DNA of 63,913 nucleotides, filler included, from Octopus bimaculoides (Eukaryota), in assembly GCF_001194135.2 (NCBI RefSeq). It is 7 parts of 7 records of this genome, joined end to end, with 100 filler letters (N's around TTAATTAATTAA, not from the genome) between each part and the next. Parts side by side here need not be neighbours in the genome. Positions count along the whole stretch, not along the records: positions 62,616 to 63,913 come from NW_026397177.1; 6 more parts are not named here. The stretch is one strand, 5' to 3'. Position numbers and translations under genes: made by a program. This document shows positions 63,660-63,913 of this stretch, one piece after another (position 1 is the first letter of the stretch; every line of letters begins with the position of its first letter). Below the pieces are notes generated by a model. The model searched no databases and had not been told where the DNA came from. It saw only the letters and a list, made by a program, of their open reading frames with translations.

Positions 63660-63913
63660 AAAATTCCCTTCAGTCATGAATTACCATGGGCTTGCACCTA
63701 GAAAGTTACCCTCTGAGTCCAGGCGAGATTGTTTATGGAAGACCAGCAGTTGCCCATGCATACCAGCCTCCCCTCTCTACACCATCGATGTTATCCAAGG
63801 GAAAGGCAAAGGCCAATACAGCTTAGCACCAGTAACGTTGCAACTCATTTCAACAGCTGAGTGAACTGGAACAACATGAAATAGAGTCTTGCTCAAGAAC
63901 ACAACACACAGCC
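63660..63913 (-). mobile_element. CORE-type SINE body and tail (runs off the window)
   Basis: CAACTCATTTCAACAGCTGAGTGAACTGGAACAACATGAAATAGAGTCTTGCTCAAGAACACAAC is similar to 23600-23660. Confidence 0.55.

Overview
Repeat-rich, gappy eukaryotic scaffold, very probably from an octopod cephalopod. The species call is inferred from recalled octopus-type tRNA-derived SINE families and dense TA/TG/GATA microsatellites. The only host gene I can firmly support is a clan-2 (CYP2-like) cytochrome P450, present twice in convergent (tail-to-tail) orientation. Copy 1 (+) has 7 visible coding exons at 39723-47114; its N-terminal exons are not visible and part of the gene lies in an N gap. Copy 2 (-) has only its last 3 exons visible, at 54776-56372, with intact frames and splice sites and about 87% amino-acid identity to copy 1. 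The rest is mobile DNA: Penelope-like remnants (a GIY-YIG endonuclease, an RT fragment, two hammerhead-ribozyme-like motifs); LINE fragments (RTE, R4/Dong, CR1/L2/Jockey-group, L1/Tx1-like); DD37D and DD34D Tc1/mariner transposons (two inside CYP introns); pogo/Tigger MITEs; a long-TIR element; and at least four SINE families. Most supplied ORFs are microsatellite or N-gap artefacts. Six N44-TTAATTAATTAA-N44 blocks are artificial contig linkers, so order and orientation across them are uncertain. I found no clearly new multi-gene system. The best leads are the convergent P450 pair, the hammerhead remnants and an RTE apparently split by an inversion.
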